Of a stretch of 64,000 bases of DNA, positions 29,953 through 40,416 are shown piece by piece. Each line of letters starts with the position of its first letter. The stretch's first letter is position 1. Origin of the DNA: a virus (lineage: Duplodnaviria; Caudoviricetes). Below the pieces are notes generated by a model that saw only the letters and a program-made list of their open reading frames with translations, was not told the DNA's origin and made no database searches. Where the stretch lies: positions 2,002-66,001 of the IMG/VR virus record IMGVR_UViG_3300014204_000188; one strand, 5' to 3'. Position numbers and translations under genes: made by a program.

Positions 29953-32900
29953 GACTTATAACGAATTAAAGTAAGATTAATATCAAACAATACTTCTGAA
30001 TCTGATCCTAAATCAAAATATACAATAGTTTCAGAAGTAGTAATAGGAAAAACTTTTCCACAGTATATTGAAACCGGATCATTTATAATTAAATCATCTA
30101 CATTTGTTTCCACAATAACATCTTGTCCACCATAAGTTAAACCTACTTTTATTATTCCGGCAACTCCAGATTTTAATGTAATTACAATATCTAATATTCT
30201 AAAATCATTAGCATAAGTAGTAACATCAATTTCTTGCTCCATAGAAACATCAATAAGCTCAAAATTCTTAATAGATTCTCCAAATATTTCTGGTTTATTC
30301 TTAATATAATCCAATGCCAAAGAATTTGTTTGTGCCCAATCAGATTGAATCTGTTCTGCTATATTACAAATAAATCTAATTGATTTTGTTTGAGCATCCG
30401 CAATAAGACTCATTCCTGCTCCACTAAATAAATTCAATGTATCATTATAATAAGAAGCCGTCACCGCTAAATCATCCCAAGTACATGATATTTCAGGATC
30501 TATGGCAATTGTTTTAAATGCTTTTACTGGTAAATTAGAAGATATCATATAAATGGTATGCCATTGAACTCCGTCCGATTGAAATCCACGAACTTCTCCT
30601 TCTGTAATATATTCTACTCCTACAGCGGCATCAATATCATCTATATTTCCTCCCGCACTAATCACGGTAACTGAATAAGTAATATCAATTGCTTTTACTA
30701 TATATATTCTACGTTTACACGTAGCGGCATTCGGTAATGTAATAATACACACATTGTTTAAAGCATTGACAAGAACTGTGTAATGCCCAATATTTAAACT
30801 GAGGCTGTCCGTTACTGTTACTATACTCTTTCCATGTGAACCTTCCACATCAAAAGTGGATAAAAGAGAAGCTACTCCGACACCTACTTTATCCGTTAAA
30901 ACCTTAGGATATAATTCTCCATCCACGGCATCTCTATCCCAATTACATTCTCCTCCTCCTGAAGAACCTCCTATTAACCACCACTGAACTCCGTCTGATT
31001 GAAAAAAGTATTCTTGATATTTAGTAGTAAATACAATTCCATCTCCAGCAGCTACATCATCAATACTTCCATAAGCACTAATTACTTTAACTTCATAAGT
31101 AATATCAACGGCTTTTACTCCATAAATTCTTCGAGTACTGTTAATTGCATTTGGTAAAGTAATGATTACCGGAGCAGCAGAAGCATCTACTAATACAAAA
31201 TAATGAGTTTCATCTAATGAAGTATCTATATTAACCCGTTCAATACTTCTACCATTGGAGCCTTCTACATCAAGAGTAGATTGTGCTAACTCAATTCCAA
31301 TTCCAACATAATTATTTATATCCCGGGGATGTAATCTATTATGAGCTTCTGAATTCCCATCTATTTCCAGTTTCCATAAACAATCTCCAAACGAAATAAT
31401 CCACCACTGAACGCCATCCGATTGAAAAGAATATACTTGATTTACTTCACGGTAAATAATAACCGCCCCAGATCCTAAATCTTCTATATTACCACCATTA
31501 CTAATTACTGTTATTTCATTAGTTACATTAATGGCTTTAATAGTATATATTCTACGTTTACAAGTAACGGCATCTGGTAAAACCACAGTAATTGGTCCAT
31601 CACTTGAATCCACCAGTACCACACTAAGAAAATCATCTAATACATAAGTATCAGAATCCGCAAATATTGTTTTAATTGACTTTCCAAAAGATCCAATTAC
31701 GTCTAATGTAGAGAGTGCTTTCTGATTTATTAAATCTTCAGAATCCGCAGTTTCAGGATTTTCAATACCTACATGAACCCAATCATCATCCACTCGAGGA
31801 GAAAGCTCATGATTAATATTATTTCTTTTCCAATTACAACCTCCAGGAACGGACTCCCCCACTATATGCCATTGTTCCCCATCTGATTGAAACCAAATAG
31901 TTTGACCTTCTTCAGTAAAAGCAAGTTCTCCATTAGAATCAGCCCCTTCAATAACATCCATCTGACTATCTATACTTGCCAACATAGATATTGGATGAGA
32001 ATCTATATTAATAGCCTTTACTCCATATATCCTTCTATTACAGGTACTGGATAATGGTAATTGGATATACATAGGTCCCCAAAAAGCATTGACTAATACC
32101 ATGTAATCATACTCACTTAAAAGAATTACTTGACTTGAAATAGCTGTTTTTTCGTCAATAGTTCTTCCAATAGATCCAATCACATCAAAAGTAGAAAGAG
32201 CCCGTTCTTGTCGATAATCTGGATGAGTTTCTGTAACCAATGCTGGATCTCTAATACCAATATGCATCCAATCTATTCTATTTACCGGAAATACTTCATG
32301 AGAAACAGTATCCCGGTCAAATGGGCTAATCAATGCTCCCATTGATTTTAAACCATTTGAAGACCCCCCACCCCCAGCAGCAGAAGAAGAAGAAGTTTTA
32401 TATTTTGTTGCATTTTCGGTAATTAATTCCATTTTAGTTTTAGTATCAGTAGTATCACTAATTGGAACCATTATACCTTTAATCTCATAAGCATTTCCGG
32501 ACCACTGTCCCTTTGCTACATCAAATTCCATATCCATAGGTAATACTTTAATATTACCCATCCAAGGAACTTGTAACGTATTATGATAATTCATATTAGC
32601 ACGCACAACTCCGCGAAATACAGCAGTAGGAAATTCATTATCTTCCCAACCATCTATAATCCATTCAGCTAATCTTTTGATTTTATCCGATTCTCCTTTT
32701 TTCCACCAATATTCACTTTTTTCACCAAGTACATAAAGTCCACCAAGATACGCAGCCTCAGTATTTAGAGAAGATAAATAATCATTAGGATCACTCAATC
32801 CTAATACATATTCTACATCAATATTATTACTATAATTTATTAATGTAACAGTTTCTTTTGTTTCCGCATAAGTAACTCCTCCATCATCTGCGGAAGCATG

Positions 32901-34346
32901 TAAAAGAATTACATCATCTAAAAAGAATGTAGCTTTTTTTCCATTAACTCCATAATATCCTGGATCATATATAATTAACCGTAAAGTACCTCCTGCTGGT
33001 AATGCCGATATTTTTATTTCAAGTTTTTGTAAATTATCATAAGATGTAGCAATTGGAGGGTCGTATTGACTTGAAAAAAACCGAGTAGATCCTCGTACCC
33101 CATCTGAACCATCTGTCCAAATACCATTCCAAAAATAAATAGTAGTTCCAATATGAGTATTAACAGATAATTCCATCTTAATTCCATTTCCAGTAACTCC
33201 AGTATCTGTTCCAGAATTATAAAAAAATCCACAATTTAATTGTAATATAAATATTTCTCCAGCATTAACTTCTACTTCTGGAGACATCAAATACCAACTT
33301 TCTGCAAAACCATCCTGATTATATCTTGATTCACAAGACATACAATAATTATCACCAGAACGTCGTCGAATAAATTTTGATCCTAAAGAAATACTCCAAT
33401 GTCTTGGAGTTGGATCATCATCACTTACAAATTCATATTTTGGAAATGAAAATCCAGTAAATAATGATTGTCTTTTATTAAAATCTTCAATAACCGTAAT
33501 TTGTCGATATTCTGGCAATGTTTCAGCCGTTGCAATAGTTAATACTGCACAATCTGATTGGTTTAATACAATTTCAGGAACGTAACTTCCATTTGGAATA
33601 GGATAAGGTTCCCCACTATCCAATATAAATTGCCTATATTCAATAGTAGGATCTCCCATATCTACTACTCGTTGAATCCAAAGCCACCCATCTGATTGAA
33701 ATAACCGTGCCTTAAAAACTCTTAATATTTTTTCAATCATAGAATAACAACTACCAGGAATTAACTCAGAAGTTGCATTACATAATTGTTCTAAATATGT
33801 TTGTTTAAGAGGATCTTGGTCATCAGCCATATCCATATTAATCTCAAATAAATTAACAGCACATCGTAAAGGACATTCCAAACCCGACCAACTTAACGCT
33901 TTTCCAATTATAGTTATAGCATCTAACATACCTTCATATGCAATAGTTTCATTTAAATGATATGCTGAATAAGGTATATCATTTAACGTCCCCAATCTAT
34001 CTGATGCTACTATAGTATAAGTGGGCATATATTGCAACTGACGACTACATTTTCCGGGTAAAACGAATCCTTGCCACCATATATGACCTTCAAAAAATTC
34101 AGAATCTTTTCTAACTAATGTTACATGGTAATCTCCAGAATTAGCTTGATTAAAAAAACTTAAATCTTCATCAGTTACTACATTGATTGTAATTTCTGAT
34201 CCTACAATTGATTTTAATTCATCTCCGGCCCATCTAACTTTAATAGCGGGAACTCCTAACTTAACATGGAAATGATTAGTAGTTCCAATGCTAAGATCCC
34301 ATTGGACATGAAATTCATCAAAGAATGTGCATTTTATTCCAGCCAT
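29949..34346 (-). CDS. large tail protein (hub/tip-like N-half, four ~150-aa repeats)
   Basis: Follows the tape measure; repeats STxDVxGS..VLVxA...LPxA....RRIYxVKA...FQSDGxQW. Confidence 0.7.
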   Translation of the reverse strand: MAGIKCTFFDEFHVQWDLSIGTTNHFHVKLGVPAIKVRWAGDELKSIVGSEITINVVTDEDLSFFNQANSGDYHVTLVRKDSEFFEGHIWWQGFVLPGKCSRQLQYMPTYTIVASDRLGTLNDIPYSAYHLNETIAYEGMLDAITIIGKALSWSGLECPLRCAVNLFEINMDMADDQDPLKQTYLEQLCNATSELIPGSCYSMIEKILRVFKARLFQSDGWLWIQRVVDMGDPTIEYRQFILDSGEPYPIPNGSYVPEIVLNQSDCAVLTIATAETLPEYRQITVIEDFNKRQSLFTGFSFPKYEFVSDDDPTPRHWSISLGSKFIRRRSGDNYCMSCESRYNQDGFAESWYLMSPEVEVNAGEIFILQLNCGFFYNSGTDTGVTGNGIKMELSVNTHIGTTIYFWNGIWTDGSDGVRGSTRFFSSQYDPPIATSYDNLQKLEIKISALPAGGTLRLIIYDPGYYGVNGKKATFFLDDVILLHASADDGGVTYAETKETVTLINYSNNIDVEYVLGLSDPNDYLSSLNTEAAYLGGLYVLGEKSEYWWKKGESDKIKRLAEWIIDGWEDNEFPTAVFRGVVRANMNYHNTLQVPWMGNIKVLPMDMEFDVAKGQWSGNAYEIKGIMVPISDTTDTKTKMELITENATKYKTSSSSAAGGGGSSNGLKSMGALISPFDRDTVSHEVFPVNRIDWMHIGIRDPALVTETHPDYRQERALSTFDVIGSIGRTIDEKTAISSQVILLSEYDYMVLVNAFWGPMYIQLPLSSTCNRRIYGVKAINIDSHPISMLASIDSQMDVIEGADSNGELAFTEEGQTIWFQSDGEQWHIVGESVPGGCNWKRNNINHELSPRVDDDWVHVGIENPETADSEDLINQKALSTLDVIGSFGKSIKTIFADSDTYVLDDFLSVVLVDSSDGPITVVLPDAVTCKRRIYTIKAINVTNEITVISNGGNIEDLGSGAVIIYREVNQVYSFQSDGVQWWIISFGDCLWKLEIDGNSEAHNRLHPRDINNYVGIGIELAQSTLDVEGSNGRSIERVNIDTSLDETHYFVLVDASAAPVIITLPNAINSTRRIYGVKAVDITYEVKVISAYGSIDDVAAGDGIVFTTKYQEYFFQSDGVQWWLIGGSSGGGECNWDRDAVDGELYPKVLTDKVGVGVASLLSTFDVEGSHGKSIVTVTDSLSLNIGHYTVLVNALNNVCIITLPNAATCKRRIYIVKAIDITYSVTVISAGGNIDDIDAAVGVEYITEGEVRGFQSDGVQWHTIYMISSNLPVKAFKTIAIDPEISCTWDDLAVTASYYNDTLNLFSGAGMSLIADAQTKSIRFICNIAEQIQSDWAQTNSLALDYIKNKPEIFGESIKNFELIDVSMEQEIDVTTYANDFRILDIVITLKSGVAGIIKVGLTYGGQDVIVETNVDDLIINDPVSIYCGKVFPITTSETIVYFDLGSDSEVLFDINLTLIRYKS

Positions 34347-36832
34347 TAATTTCTTTTTAAGAATTTTTCTTCATTATTTAGAATAAATTTCAAAGCTCGA
34401 CCATCTACTTCACAAGTCAATACCCCACCGCCCGTTCCTATAGTGGATAATACTGTTTGAACTTGAGAATTAGAAGCATTTATTCTACTATTATTTTTAC
34501 TAATATTTTCTGGACTAATTAGATCCACAATTGATTGAAAACTATTTGTTAATGCTGCAATAGGAGCCGTCAAAACTCCTTTCATTTGTTCACTATTAAG
34601 AATCCATTCTCCTTTTCTATCCACAGAATCTCCTACCATTGCTACAGTTGGAGTATCTACATAAGCTCCTTTACCAAACTTGGGAATAGCAGTGCCTAAT
34701 AAACCCGCTGCTAAAGATCCTGCTAATGCCGCAATCCCTACCCCAATTGGTCCCAGTTTTCCAGAAGGACCAGCAAGGGTCTGAGTAATTGCTGCTGCTA
34801 TACCTTCTGCAATCAAACCTAAAATTGTAGAACGAATTGCATTAGCAGCAGCTTTTCCAAAATCAGCCCAACTATCAGCTCCTTGAGAAAGTTGTTGTCC
34901 CAATCCACGTAAACTCTCTTTTAAAACAATTAACATATTAGACGCCTTTTCTGACCCTGCTTCTAAATCTGAAAAAATTCCATTTATATCTAAAGCAAAT
35001 CCACCATCTTGCCCCAAATCTTTTAATTTTTTAATTGGATTTAAAACCGCATTATCCAATGTCCATCCAAAAGTAGCGGCATTTTTAATAGCTTCTTTTT
35101 GAGCATCAGAATAATTATTTACTTGTGTAATTAATGGTTTTACATTAGCCAATGGAATGCTTATTCCTACATTCTCACCACGAATTGATTTTTCAAGATC
35201 TATTTGTTTTTGTTTTTTATCAATTAAACTTTGAATCCGTGTTATTTCACTACGAGTAGTTGCAATACTTAATTTTTCAGTTAATTGTTTTTGTTCTCTT
35301 TCCATCCTTTCCAAAGATCCAATAGAAACACCTAAAGTATCCAAAACAGTTATTCTATCTTGATATACTTTATTTTTACTTCTTAATGAAGCGATAATAG
35401 ATGGATCATTAGAAGCATTGATTATCTTATTGTTTGCTTCAATAGCAGCATTCAAACTATCATAACTGGCAGTTGATAAATCCATCTGAGAATTTGATTT
35501 TTCTCTAAGATTTATTTCTGCTTGTAAAGAAGCTCGAACGGTTTCTGTTTCTTTTCGCTGAGCATCACTTAACGTTCCTAAAATAACTCCACGACCACTA
35601 AGAACCATATTAACATCTTTCAATTCTTGTTTTAATTGACTAAGTGTTAATAAATCCAATGATTTATTTGTTTTTCCAACAGCTAAATCAATAGTTCCAA
35701 AAGCTTCAGCATATTGTTTCATAGGTTCAATAGAAACCAATATTTGATCTCGCATAGCTTTGGTTTCTTTAATCCATGAAATAAAACTTGGAATACAAAT
35801 CAATGCTGCCGCTCCTATTCCTGTCAACAACGCGCCTACTGGATTAGCTGCAATTGCTACAGATAAAAACTTTACTGCCGCAGAAACTTTTGCCAATCCA
35901 ATGGCTGTATAACCCAACCCAGTAAGTAAAGGCCCTATTGCCGCCACCACAGCAGCTACAGTTAATACAATTTTTTTAGTTTCCGTATCCCATCTTCCAA
36001 TAACTTGAATAAGTTCGTTTATCTTCTTTATTACCGGAGTAATTACTGGGAGTAATACTGATCCAAATGCCGCACTGGTCTCCTTCAAAGACTCTTTAAA
36101 CAATCGCATTTGGTTAGCAGCACCTTCAGAAGTTCGTAAGAAATCCCCCTGAGCGTTGGTTGTCACGCTCATTACATAGTTATATCGCAACTGAACTTTT
36201 TCAGCCTGAGTCATTGAATCAATACTTTTTGTAATTCCTGTCTTAAAAGCATATTCTTTCAATGTTGTCTCAGTCATTACGATACCCAACCGTTTCAATG
36301 ATTCCGTTTCACCAGTAAAAATCCCCGATAAGGCTGTTTGGGCTTGTTCAATTCCAATATTTTTGAATGAAGATAAATCTGCACCTAAACCTACTAAAGC
36401 CATAGATAACTTAGCAGCTTCTTTTGTATTTAATCCCATACTGGTAGCCATATCTCCATACAAAGAAGCAGCATCCAACGCAGAACTTTGAGCCAACCCA
36501 AACGAAACTAAAGTAGTTTTACTCCAAGCTTTTACTTCATCCGAAGCATCCTTGAAAGCCACTTCTGTTTTATTAATATTCTCATTTAGATCAGAAGCAC
36601 TTTTAAAAGCCATAGTTAACCCGGTAACTATTGGAGTAGTAACAAATAAACTCATTTTCTTTCCCACAGAAGCCATGGTTTGTCCAACTTTTTTTATTTG
36701 ATTTTCTACTTTATAGAATTCATCAGACATAGTTTTTCCAGCATCGTGAACCGCCTTTTCAGCTCCCGCCATACCTTCTTGAAGAGGTCCAATATCTGCT
36801 CGAATTTTCGCAGTCAATTCACCAATATTCAT
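34346..36832 (-). CDS. tape measure protein
   Basis: 828 aa, Ala/Gly-rich helical; ADLSSFKN..GETESLKRLG core; position after the tail chaperones. Confidence 0.88.
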   Translation of the reverse strand: MNIGELTAKIRADIGPLQEGMAGAEKAVHDAGKTMSDEFYKVENQIKKVGQTMASVGKKMSLFVTTPIVTGLTMAFKSASDLNENINKTEVAFKDASDEVKAWSKTTLVSFGLAQSSALDAASLYGDMATSMGLNTKEAAKLSMALVGLGADLSSFKNIGIEQAQTALSGIFTGETESLKRLGIVMTETTLKEYAFKTGITKSIDSMTQAEKVQLRYNYVMSVTTNAQGDFLRTSEGAANQMRLFKESLKETSAAFGSVLLPVITPVIKKINELIQVIGRWDTETKKIVLTVAAVVAAIGPLLTGLGYTAIGLAKVSAAVKFLSVAIAANPVGALLTGIGAAALICIPSFISWIKETKAMRDQILVSIEPMKQYAEAFGTIDLAVGKTNKSLDLLTLSQLKQELKDVNMVLSGRGVILGTLSDAQRKETETVRASLQAEINLREKSNSQMDLSTASYDSLNAAIEANNKIINASNDPSIIASLRSKNKVYQDRITVLDTLGVSIGSLERMEREQKQLTEKLSIATTRSEITRIQSLIDKKQKQIDLEKSIRGENVGISIPLANVKPLITQVNNYSDAQKEAIKNAATFGWTLDNAVLNPIKKLKDLGQDGGFALDINGIFSDLEAGSEKASNMLIVLKESLRGLGQQLSQGADSWADFGKAAANAIRSTILGLIAEGIAAAITQTLAGPSGKLGPIGVGIAALAGSLAAGLLGTAIPKFGKGAYVDTPTVAMVGDSVDRKGEWILNSEQMKGVLTAPIAALTNSFQSIVDLISPENISKNNSRINASNSQVQTVLSTIGTGGGVLTCEVDGRALKFILNNEEKFLKRN

Positions 36833-36841
36833 AACTTATTA

Positions 36842-37183
36842 TTATTTCTTTTTTAATTTTCCAAATGAAAATGACGAAAAACTATTTAATAACTTTAGTT
36901 TCATATCTTCCACCGTTTGTTTTGTATCTTGTTCCCATGGAAATTTTTCAATATCTTTAACATCCTGAATCCAATTCTTAGCAATTTTTCCTTGCATAAA
37001 ATACATATGACGTGTTTGCCAACGAGCTACTTCATATTGAGTTTGAATATCATTCTTACACGTTTCATTATAAACTTCAATAGCATGTATAAATTCAACA
37101 GGAATCAAATCATAAAAATCAAAAGCAGATATATGTAATTTTGCAATTGCATTACCACATAATTCAGATAAATCTAAAGACAT
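36842..37183 (-). CDS. tail assembly chaperone, frameshift-extension (T/GT-like) ORF
   Basis: Lies in the -1 frame relative to the upstream chaperone, directly before the TMP. Confidence 0.7.
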   Translation of the reverse strand: MSLDLSELCGNAIAKLHISAFDFYDLIPVEFIHAIEVYNETCKNDIQTQYEVARWQTRHMYFMQGKIAKNWIQDVKDIEKFPWEQDTKQTVEDMKLKLLNSFSSFSFGKLKKK

Positions 37184-37185
37184 TA

Positions 37186-37548
37186 TTATTCCGAACCAGG
37201 TTTTCGGGGTATCCCCTTTTTTGATTCACCTTCAACTTTCTGATTTTCTTTTGTTTGTTCTTTGTTTGATTTTTGAGTACTTAAAAATTCTGGAATATAT
37301 GAAAGAAATTCAAAAAAGCATTCTTCCAAAATCTCACGCATCTGATCCCGGGTATAAGGCATCGATTTTTTCTGATACATATATCCAGATTCCAATGAAT
37401 AAAACAATAAAGATTCATAAACAGAATAATCATCTGTTAGATTTTCAATACTATACTTTGCTCCTTGTTCTGCCTGAAGTTGAGCCATAGCAAAGTAAGA
37501 TAATCTAACAGGAAGCTTTTTACCTTCATAATTAAGAAATCGTATCAT
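37186..37548 (-). CDS. tail assembly chaperone (G-like)
   Basis: Located between the major tail gene and the TMP. Confidence 0.72.
   Translation of the reverse strand: MIRFLNYEGKKLPVRLSYFAMAQLQAEQGAKYSIENLTDDYSVYESLLFYSLESGYMYQKKSMPYTRDQMREILEECFFEFLSYIPEFLSTQKSNKEQTKENQKVEGESKKGIPRKPGSE
37191..37222 (-). other. -1 programmed frameshift signal A AAA AAG plus downstream hairpin
   Basis: In-frame TCA AAA AAG; the -1 frame reads without a stop into ATG 37183; CCGAA/TTCGG hairpin 8 nt downstream. Confidence 0.75.
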
Positions 37549-37582
37549 GATTATTTTTTTAAAAATTATTTTTCAAAAAACA

Positions 37583-37603
37583 AAAAATCCTTGATTAGGA
37601 TTA
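37583..37603 (-). terminator. 21-bp hairpin motif after the major tail gene
   Basis: TAATCCTAATCAAGGATTTTT; identical to 44918-44938. Confidence 0.55.
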
Positions 37604-37612
37604 AATTGTAGA

Positions 37613-38089
37613 TTATGGAGTTACCCACCAATCCGTTCCAGTAGGATCAATAGTAGGACCTCCAGAATCCCCATCGTAAACGATAGGTTTCCCAGTCACC
37701 ATAATGCTAACATTTGCAGACACTTTATCTCCAACTGAAGTAGATAAAGGACATTCAACTACATACCCTTCAAATTCTACAGTTGTCAACAAAGGATCCG
37801 GAAAAACTACACAATAATTCTGTCGTACGTCACTCTCAAAGTCAGCATTCATAGTATTAAATGTACTTCTTGTGAAATTCATTGATAATGCTACAGTACC
37901 TCCTTTACGAAGTCCTGGAATAACCTCTTCATAACCTCCTTCAGAATCTAACGCAGTTACTTCTATTGTTGCTCTGGTTTTTTGAGGACCATCAACAGAA
38001 GTAATTTCCGATTGTACATCCCAAGTACCCGTACCGACATTCCATCGATAAAACTTGGTTCCCATACCTGAAATAGCATTGCTGCTCAT
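37613..38089 (-). CDS. major tail tube protein
   Basis: ITSVDGPQKTRATIEVTALDS, GLRKGGTV, VEFEGYV pattern of siphovirus tube proteins. Confidence 0.82.
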   Translation of the reverse strand: MSSNAISGMGTKFYRWNVGTGTWDVQSEITSVDGPQKTRATIEVTALDSEGGYEEVIPGLRKGGTVALSMNFTRSTFNTMNADFESDVRQNYCVVFPDPLLTTVEFEGYVVECPLSTSVGDKVSANVSIMVTGKPIVYDGDSGGPTIDPTGTDWWVTP

Positions 38090-38094
38090 AATTG

Positions 38095-39746
38095 TTACCT
38101 CCTTTGTGTTTCAAAATTAATAACTATAACGGCTCTGTTATTACTATCCCATTCCAATAGAGCAGGACCACTGGAACAATAGATAACAGAATATAATGTA
38201 CCATTCCATGTTTCTTGTGCCCGACCATGTAATGATATCATTATCATTTGAGCTAATTGATAACCTGTCAAATAATCTTTATCCCGAATTCTTATTTGAA
38301 CAGAATCATAAAAATAATTCTCTCCAGGAGTTAAAGTCAACATTGGTGGACTCCCAGGAGTGTCAAAAATAACAACAGTATTATTTGGAAGAGATGGCTG
38401 TTTTCCTACAAATAAATTTTGACCAAAAATTAATCCTAAATTACTTTCGGCTTCCAATATATCTTTTATATCAATACTTGTTGCATTCATTTTTATTGTA
38501 TTTTTGCACTATCCGCAATTGCTCGCAAAATTGCATTTTTATTTCGTTTTAATGCTGCTTCAAGAAACTTTGCCCCGGCTCCAGGACGTTGAAATATTGC
38601 ATCAACCATCTCATGAACCCATAAAGCATAATTTGCTGAAAATCCTAAAATTAATACTGGGTCAGAATCCTGATCTACATCTTGTTTAGCGTCAGTAATT
38701 GAAATGGCATGATCAATAGCCATTTTAGCAGCATCATCACCAATAAAAGCCATTGTAACTACTGGAGCTTCTAACCGGGTCACCGTAAACCAACTAGCCC
38801 GTAAATTACCTAAATCAATTGGAATCAAGGGTTCTGTTTCTTCCATACTTCTACGCACAATAATAGCACTTACTATCAAACCCGAAAAAATACGAATTTG
38901 CATAGCTTTGAATTCTTTATTTATATTCTTAAGAACATCCTCAATTCCAATTAGTTCAACTGATTTTTTCATTCTATACTTTATACGTGCTTAAACTTAC
39001 TGTTCTAACAAATTGAGTTAATGATTTTATCATACTAACTTTACTTACTGTTAATATTTCATAGGCTGTTTCCACTTGATCTGGAGTTGGGTAAATTTGT
39101 CCTGATTCTAATATATAATTAGAATCTGTCAAATCATCCAAAGTTCCTAAAAACAAATATCCTCCTAAATCTAAATCTTCTGTAACTAATACCGTCACAT
39201 CCGTATTAATCTCCTGCCCATTCTGAGATAATACTGTTCTGGTTTTATAATCCCATCGACATTTGATTTCAACAGGATCAGTATAACTCATTCTACCAGC
39301 CCCCAAATTAACAGGAGATCCCCAGTAAACTGCCGTTTGAACGCAAACTTTCCTGATAAAACTTTCTATACTCATTATTCAAATTCTTTAATCGCATGAA
39401 TACTTGCTGCCTTTAGATTGGTGGATGCCATTAATCCTGTATTATCTAAAGTCATTACCATCTGTCCATAACTAGTACTGGATAAACCCATGCCGAACTC
39501 TCCAGCATATTCAATAGATGCTCCACCAGCACCTTCTTTTTTTGCTTGACGTTCTCGAGTAATAGCAATTAGATGAGCCGCCAACCATCTTTCAATTTCA
39601 ATCAAAATAGGATCTGTTGTACTCACTCCCAGAATGTTATTTACCATCCTATTAGCCGCCAAAATATAAGTATTCACAATAGTATCAGATAACGTAACAT
39701 TATCCATTACTAACAAAACTTCTGCTGGTGTTGTTCTCATTATCAA
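38095..39746 (-). CDS. neck genes: tail terminator-like (38095-38490), HK97 gp10-like (38493-38972), head closure (38974-39375), head-tail adaptor (39375-39746)
   Basis: Canonical order and sizes; GAGAKFLE..L in the gp10-like ORF; WLAAHLI in the adaptor. Confidence 0.7.
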
Positions 39747-40416
39747 TATGTTTAAACAAACGAGTTTCTAAATATTTCACAATTCCAGTATTCCAAGATA
39801 ATCCCAACCATTCTAACATGTCATATATTTGCTCCAAATTTCCATGTGCCATTCGTTCTGGCCACACTACTTTCACATTTAATCCAGTTTCTATCATTTT
39901 TACAAATAATTTTTCATGCTCATGAACCCACCACAACCAACCTTCCCGTTCAGAATCAACCCCTACTGATTGTTGAACTATCTTATCACCATAAGCATTC
40001 ATATAATCAGTATGTAAACAGCTATGTAATACATCAGCTGTTCTACGTCTAACTATAATCCATTTAGCATTTGGATAAGTATAATTCCAAACTGACCAAG
40101 TTTGTGCAATTCGACTACTTTTATATAACCATAATCTATCTTTTGAATAACCTTCAGATCGAATTAATTTATAAATCCGTTCATTCCAATCAACAGGAAT
40201 CATTAATTTTTCTGACGGTAATGGGTATTGCCCACGTATATCTGCTTCTATACTATAATAATACTCATCAAGAAACTCTTTAATCTTAAGATTTTCTTGC
40301 ATGGAAGTGCATTGCCCAGTAAAAACTCCAGACATAGAAATAATCTTTGCAATTAAACTGCACCCGGAACGTTCAATTCCGGTAACAAAGATTGGATATT
40401 GTGATTTATCGTTCAT
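39700..40416 (-). CDS. sulfotransferase-fold protein
   Basis: PIFVTGIERSGCS (5'-PSB loop-like), KWIIVRR..DV..S; likely start ATG 40416. Confidence 0.7.
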   Translation of the reverse strand: MNDKSQYPIFVTGIERSGCSLIAKIISMSGVFTGQCTSMQENLKIKEFLDEYYYSIEADIRGQYPLPSEKLMIPVDWNERIYKLIRSEGYSKDRLWLYKSSRIAQTWSVWNYTYPNAKWIIVRRRTADVLHSCLHTDYMNAYGDKIVQQSVGVDSEREGWLWWVHEHEKLFVKMIETGLNVKVVWPERMAHGNLEQIYDMLEWLGLSWNTGIVKYLETRLFKHIDNENNTSRSFVSNG

